This document shows positions 6,098-10,136 of a DNA stretch of 10,136 bases, one piece after another (the stretch's first letter is position 1; each line of letters opens with the position of its first letter). Origin of the DNA: an archaeon. GTDB taxonomy: Archaea > Iainarchaeota > Iainarchaeia > Iainarchaeales > CSSED10-239. The stretch is taken from positions 1-10,136 of the forward strand of contig JBAWVI010000029.1 in the NCBI GenBank assembly GCA_037147375.1, written 5' to 3'. The notes under the pieces were generated by a model. It was not told the DNA's origin and did no database searches. It saw only the letters and a program-made list of their open reading frames with translations. The position numbers and the translations under genes are program-made.

Positions 6098-7318
6098 ATG
6101 AAAAAAATATTTGTTAAAACGTTTGGATGCACTCTAAATCAAAGAACTAGTGAAGAATTAACCACAAATGCATTTATTGTTGAAAATATAGATGATGCAG
6201 ATCTCATCTTCATAAATACGTGTGGAGTTAAGGAACAAACTGAATTTAAAATTATTAAATATTTGCATGAACTTAAAAAACAAGGAATAAATGAAAATAA
6301 AATTATTTTATTTGGGTGTCTTATAGATATTGATTCATCTGGGCTAAAAAAAGCAAGCCCAAAAGCAAACATCTTTGGACTTAAAGATCAAGATAAATTA
6401 AAAAAATTAATATCTTCTAAAAATATAATAAAGAAAAAACAAAAGATAACTCAAGCAATAATTATTGCAAATGGATGCCTTGGTGCATGTACATATTGTG
6501 CAGTTAAGTTTGCTAGAGGTAAGCTTGAAAGTAAGCCAATAACAGAAATAAAAAAAGAAATTGAAAGTGCATTAAATAAAGGAACTAAAGAAATACTCTT
6601 GACTGCACAAGACACTGGTTGTTATGGTCTCGACATAAATATAAATATAGTTAATTTACTTAAAGAAATAATTAAAATACCTGGAGACTTTAGAATAAGA
6701 CTTGGGATGGCAAATCCACAACATTTAATTAAATTTTACAAAGAACTTGCAGACGTTTATAAAAATGAAAAAATTTATAAGTTTCTCCACATACCTATTC
6801 AAGCAGGGGATGATAATACATTAAAAAGGATGAATAGATTTTATAGCACAAAAGAAATTGAAATAATCATAGATTATTTTAGAAAAATCCATCCAACAAT
6901 AACAATTGCAACTGATGTGATTGTTGGATTTCCAGAAGAAACAGAAACTGAATTTGAAAACACAATTAATTTTATTAAAAAAATCAAACCACCACTAATA
7001 AATATTTCTAGATTTGGAAAAAGAAAGGGAATAGAAGCAAATAACTTAAAGGATCTTCATGGACAAGTAAAAAAAGAAAGATCAAGAATACTTGCAATTG
7101 TTGCAAAGGACATTGCAAGAAAAAACTCAACTTTATTTGTTGGAAAAGTAAAAATTGTTTTAGTTAACGAAATAAATACTAAAAAAAACGAGTTTATGGG
7201 TAAAACAGAAGAATATCTCCCAGTAATTATAAAATCAAATAAAGCTAAAAATATCAAACTTGGAGATATTCTTAAACTTAAAATAAAAGCAGCCAAAGAA
7301 TACTACCTTTTAACGTAA
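6098..7318 (+). CDS. mtaB: Radical SAM methylthiotransferase, MiaB/RimO superfamily, archaeal-eukaryotic MtaB (CDKAL1-like, ms2t6A37 tRNA) type
   Basis: The N-terminal UPF0004 domain carries three Cys (FVKTFGCTLNQ, INTCGVK, LFGCL). The radical SAM motif is GCLGACTYC, with Cys codons at 6476, 6488 and 6497. A C-terminal TRAM-like beta domain is present (GKVKIVLVNE...GKTEEYLPVII...GDILKLKI). AAAGGTAG lies upstream of the ATG. Confidence 0.88.
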   Translation: MKKIFVKTFGCTLNQRTSEELTTNAFIVENIDDADLIFINTCGVKEQTEFKIIKYLHELKKQGINENKIILFGCLIDIDSSGLKKASPKANIFGLKDQDKLKKLISSKNIIKKKQKITQAIIIANGCLGACTYCAVKFARGKLESKPITEIKKEIESALNKGTKEILLTAQDTGCYGLDININIVNLLKEIIKIPGDFRIRLGMANPQHLIKFYKELADVYKNEKIYKFLHIPIQAGDDNTLKRMNRFYSTKEIEIIIDYFRKIHPTITIATDVIVGFPEETETEFENTINFIKKIKPPLINISRFGKRKGIEANNLKDLHGQVKKERSRILAIVAKDIARKNSTLFVGKVKIVLVNEINTKKNEFMGKTEEYLPVIIKSNKAKNIKLGDILKLKIKAAKEYYLLT

Positions 7319-7450
7319 ATAGTACCCCAAAAGTGGCAAAGTAACAGAAACTTAAGAATACTTGCCAAAAATGTTAAATATATAAATTATTTGCTAGACT
7401 AATTATATAGAAAACAAATTATATTATATATTGAATAATATTGAAAGAAG

Positions 7451-8176
7451 ATGAAAGATATGGATATTGCAATTACTTTTAGAAAATATTTAGAAAATTA
7501 TAAAATTATTTTATCCCTAAGTGTACTATTTTTATTTTTATTATTTTTAATAAATCCAATCTTTAGTGTATTTGGTGGAAATCTAAATATTTCATATAAT
7601 ATACTTGATCAAGCTCCAGGAGATATTATTTTAACAATCATTTCTTGTCTTGTGATTATATTTGTATATAGTTTAATACAAACCGTCTTAATTTATAGAA
7701 TTGGTTCTGATTATAAAATAAGTGATAGAGTTCAAGCAAGAGATATTAAATCACACTTTGTTAAGCTAACTAAGTTTAATTGGATATTCTTTTTATTAGT
7801 TTATGGTGTATCAGTTGTATTATATAGTTTATTTTTATTAAATAATGTTTTTATGTCATTAATCTTTTTAGTAATTGCTTTGCTTCTTTGGTTTGTTCCA
7901 CAAGTAATAATTATGGAAAAAGAATCAATAGGAGCATCTATTATAATTAGTGCAAAATACTGGAAAAGAAACTGGTTTTTTATGATTAGTTTATTTGTTG
8001 CTGCTTTCCTACTTATGTTCTTAACTTATGTTATTGAGATTGCATTAGGAAATGTTGTTGGCCCAATAGTTTCATTATTCTTATTTGTAATATTTATTAT
8101 TCCATATATAGAAATATTAAAAACAGAAGTATATCTAAATAAATATAGATTATTAAAACCAAGAAATCAATTATAA
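7451..8176 (+). CDS. Hypothetical polytopic membrane protein (about 5-6 TM helices)
   Basis: 241-aa ORF dominated by hydrophobic helices with short basic loops. I recognise no catalytic motif. It sits 21 nt upstream of the Lrp/AsnC gene start. Confidence 0.6.
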   Translation: MKDMDIAITFRKYLENYKIILSLSVLFLFLLFLINPIFSVFGGNLNISYNILDQAPGDIILTIISCLVIIFVYSLIQTVLIYRIGSDYKISDRVQARDIKSHFVKLTKFNWIFFLLVYGVSVVLYSLFLLNNVFMSLIFLVIALLLWFVPQVIIMEKESIGASIIISAKYWKRNWFFMISLFVAAFLLMFLTYVIEIALGNVVGPIVSLFLFVIFIIPYIEILKTEVYLNKYRLLKPRNQL

Positions 8177-8197
8177 TTTAAGTAAAAGGTGTTAATT

Positions 8198-8668
8198 ATG
8201 CAGATTATAGATAAAATAGATAAACATATTATTGAAAAATTAATTGTAGATGGAAGAACATCATTTGCAAATATTGCAAAAGAAATAAACTTAACAGATG
8301 TTGCAATTAAAAAAAGACTTGAAAGATTAAAGCAAAAAGGAATAATTAAATCTATATTTGCAGAGGTTGATTATACTATTATTGGATTTTCTGAACATAT
8401 CGAGATGTTAATACTTATTGATCCTCCAAAACAAAACGAAATTATTAAAAAATTAAAAGACATGGAAGATATTATCATACTTAAAGGAGTTACTGGAGAA
8501 TATAACTTCGTTGCAGAAATTATTGCAACAGATAAAAATAATTTAAAAAAGATACTTGATAATATTTATTCAATAGATGGAATCACTAAAGTTAATATAC
8601 TTACTTACATTAAAGATTATAAAGCAAGTAAAAACTTGCCAAGTAAGATATTACAAACAACTTTCTAA
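8198..8668 (+). CDS. lrp: Lrp/AsnC family transcriptional regulator
   Basis: The N-terminal HTH_AsnC is DKIDKHIIEKLIVDGRTSFANIAKEINLTDVAIKKRLERLKQKGIIK. The C-terminal RAM/AsnC_trans_reg domain is VTGEYNFVAEIIATDKNNL...IDGITKVNILTYI. I place the start at ATG 8198 because the track's GTG at 8189 is itself part of the AAGGTG SD (8186-8191). Confidence 0.88.
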   Translation: MQIIDKIDKHIIEKLIVDGRTSFANIAKEINLTDVAIKKRLERLKQKGIIKSIFAEVDYTIIGFSEHIEMLILIDPPKQNEIIKKLKDMEDIIILKGVTGEYNFVAEIIATDKNNLKKILDNIYSIDGITKVNILTYIKDYKASKNLPSKILQTTF

Positions 8669-8682
8669 TTTTTTTTCTTTTT
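8669..8682 (+). terminator. Oligo-T terminator after lrp
   Basis: T8-C-T5 begins directly after the TAA stop at 8666-8668. Confidence 0.45.
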
Positions 8683-8686
8683 CTAT

Positions 8687-8702
8687 TAGATAAGTTATAA
8701 AA
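8687..8702 (+). promoter_or_regulatory. BRE/TATA-like promoter for topA (probably leaderless mRNA)
   Basis: A purine-rich stretch (TAGATAAG) is followed by TTATAAAA (8695-8702). The TATA centre lies about 22 nt upstream of the ATG at 8720, and no GGTG-type SD lies between them. Confidence 0.45.
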
Positions 8703-8719
8703 AACATGGACACATTAAA

Positions 8720-9928
8720 ATGAAGATAATTATCTCTGAAAAACCAATTGCTGGTAAAAGAATTGCAGCAATACTTTCAAAAAATAATTTTGAAACTAAT
8801 CAAGAAAAGGGTTTTCCTTGTTTTAAGTGGGGTAAAGCTGGAAATGAATTTTTATTAATTCCTCTTAGAGGACACATAAATACAGTTGACTTTATTGATG
8901 AAGATAGATATTGGAATATTTATACACTTAAAGCTCTTGCTGATAAGAAATTTGCATATATTGGATATGAGAAAAAAATAATTTCTGAACTCGAAAAAGA
9001 AAGAAAGGATCTTGATGAAATTATAATTGCAACAGATGCTGATAGAGAAGGAGAAGCAATTGGTCTTGAAGCATACAACTATTTAATTAAGAAAAATAAG
9101 AACGCAAAGCTTTCAAGAGCATACTTTAGTGCATTAACAGATAAAGAGGTTGGAGATGCATTTACTAACCTTAGAAAACTAGATTTTAATTATGCATATT
9201 CTGTGTTTACTAGACAGGAAATTGATCTTCTTTGGGGTGCAATCTTAACTAGATACCTTTCGGTTGTTGGAAATAGGAAAGGTAAAATGTTTTTATCAGC
9301 AGGAAGAGTACAAACTCCACTTTTAAATTTTATTGTTCAAAGAGAACTTGAAAGACAGAAGTTTGTTCCAGAAAAATACGAAGTTATTAGAATAATATTT
9401 GAAAAACATAAGATTAAGTTTGAAGGTGTACACAAGAATGGTAAAATGTTTGATCTTAATCTTGCAAATAAAATTTATGAAGCAATTAAGAATGCAAAAA
9501 CAGGAATTGTTAAGTTTGTTGAAACACAAGAAAAAAGAATTCCAAAACCAGCACCATTTAACACAACTAGTTTTCTTCGTGCAGCAAGTTCTCTTGGAAT
9601 TGGAACTAGTCAAGCATCTTCTCTTGCAGAAAACTTATATCAAGAAGGATTAATTAGTTATCCAAGAACAGATAATACTGTTTATCCTCCAAGCCTTGAT
9701 TTAAAAGAAATATTAACTAAAGTTCACCCTCTTATACCAAGAAATTTAATAAAAACTATTAATATAGGTGATAAATTTGATTACATAGCTTATAAGAATG
9801 AGCCAAATAATAAATATCATGTTTTAAAATCTGAATCTGAATTTTTAATAGATGGATATTATTATGATAAATATTTTATGAATTTAATAGAATATAGGCA
9901 TAATCGTATTAAAAAAATACTTCGTTAA
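8720..9928 (+). CDS. topA: Type IA DNA topoisomerase, N-terminal portion only (TOPRIM plus DNA-binding/cleavage core through the catalytic Tyr); truncated, split or disrupted gene
   Basis: Motifs seen: TOPRIM Glu (IIISEKPIAGKRIA), DxD (IIIATDADREGEAIG), SAGRVQTPLLNFIVQRE, and the active site LYQEGLISYPRTDN with the Tyr codon at 9659-9661. Recognisable similarity fades after about aa 335. The ORF ends at 402 aa, whereas canonical type IA enzymes run several hundred residues past the Tyr. No other frame continues the homology. Confidence 0.8.
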   Translation: MKIIISEKPIAGKRIAAILSKNNFETNQEKGFPCFKWGKAGNEFLLIPLRGHINTVDFIDEDRYWNIYTLKALADKKFAYIGYEKKIISELEKERKDLDEIIIATDADREGEAIGLEAYNYLIKKNKNAKLSRAYFSALTDKEVGDAFTNLRKLDFNYAYSVFTRQEIDLLWGAILTRYLSVVGNRKGKMFLSAGRVQTPLLNFIVQRELERQKFVPEKYEVIRIIFEKHKIKFEGVHKNGKMFDLNLANKIYEAIKNAKTGIVKFVETQEKRIPKPAPFNTTSFLRAASSLGIGTSQASSLAENLYQEGLISYPRTDNTVYPPSLDLKEILTKVHPLIPRNLIKTINIGDKFDYIAYKNEPNNKYHVLKSESEFLIDGYYYDKYFMNLIEYRHNRIKKILR

Positions 9929-10136
9929 CAACTAAATCACCTAATAATTCTTTATTTACTACGCTAAAAGGAATTATTTTTTTCATATTGTCGCGTTTAT
10001 TCGGTGTTTAAAATATGTAGACAATAATAGTGTTTAATCTAAATTATATTAAACTTTCTTTAAAAAATTTGACAGATTCGGGGTATAATACTATATTTCA
10101 AAATATTTTTAAAAACTTAATTATGCACGTAAAAGG

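Noticed and set aside
6139-6372. 77-aa minus-strand ORF
   Set aside because: It is antisense to the conserved N-terminal domain of mtaB and is a shadow ORF.
7057-7296. 79-aa minus-strand ORF
   Set aside because: It is antisense to the TRAM-domain end of mtaB. Its Phe/Ile/Leu-rich translation is typical of the reverse frame of a Lys/Glu-rich AT-rich gene.
7334-7367. Imperfect hairpin after the mtaB stop (TGGCAAAGTA ... TACTTGCCA) with a CTTAAG palindrome in the loop
   Set aside because: The stem has a bulge and is followed by an A-run rather than a T-run on the transcribed strand. Archaeal termination does not require hairpins. It could be chance in a 130-nt spacer.
9323-9653. Two overlapping ORFs (96 aa on the minus strand, 84 aa on the plus strand) within topA
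   Set aside because: Both overlap the strongly conserved topoisomerase frame (SAGRVQTP to YPRTDN) and have low-complexity translations.
9838-9875. SEFLIDGYYYD in the topA tail, reminiscent of a LAGLIDADG homing-endonuclease or intein motif
   Set aside because: Only LIDG matches. There is no second DG, no intein N-terminal Cys/Ser block at the homology breakpoint, and the ORF stops about 25 codons later, so an in-frame intein is excluded.
9909-9986. 25-aa minus-strand ORF (MKKIIPFSVVNKELLGDLVVNEVFF) convergent with, and overlapping, the topA stop
   Set aside because: It is too short, has no SD or promoter-like context, and carries no recognisable motif. It cannot be supported.
10069-10089. 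Perfect bacterial-looking TTGACA and TATAAT hexamers
   Set aside because: The spacer is only 9 nt rather than about 17, and the genome is archaeal. The TATAAT is more likely just part of an AT-rich TATA-like region.
10123-10136. Possible start of a next plus-strand gene (ATG CAC GTA AAA GG...), potentially the missing topA C-fragment
   Set aside because: Only 4 complete codons and part of a fifth are visible, with no SD. It is impossible to evaluate within this window.
1-10136. Scan for CRISPR repeats, tRNA/rRNA genes, transposase or integrase genes, toxin-antitoxin pairs and known defence-system domains
   Set aside because: By eye I found no regularly spaced direct repeats, no GC-rich cloverleaf-capable segments in the spacers, and no ORF with nuclease, integrase or defence hallmarks. 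The TOPRIM domain present belongs to a bona fide type IA topoisomerase core (YPRTDN), not an OLD/Gabija-type nuclease.

Overview
This is a very AT-rich, tightly packed archaeal segment. The archaeal assignment rests on an RFC small subunit, a CDKAL1/e-MtaB-type methylthiotransferase, an Lrp/AsnC regulator, class III (QxSxE) signal-peptide pilins and GGTGA-type Shine-Dalgarno motifs. The compaction (4-12 nt gaps between unrelated genes) and a truncated or split topoisomerase gene suggest a small-genome, DPANN-like archaeon, but the taxon cannot be established from sequence alone.

The minus strand (1-5542) is one co-directional array: RFC small subunit, FlaI/TadA-like secretion ATPase, TadB-like and TadC-like membrane proteins, a 58-61 aa Flp-sized pilin, a 165-nt promoter-like spacer, and a larger pilin. 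I translated that last pilin by hand because it runs off the window start and is absent from the ORF track.

The plus strand (5661-9928) carries a small 4-TM protein, MtaB, a polytopic membrane protein, Lrp/AsnC, and a type IA DNA topoisomerase ORF. That ORF stops 88 codons after its catalytic Tyr, so it is far shorter than canonical enzymes.

I saw no tRNA, rRNA, CRISPR array, transposase or recognisable defence genes. The two most notable items are the Epd/Tad-like type IV pilus module, with one minimal and one extended pilin, and the truncated or split topA. Neither is demonstrably a new system on the evidence available here.
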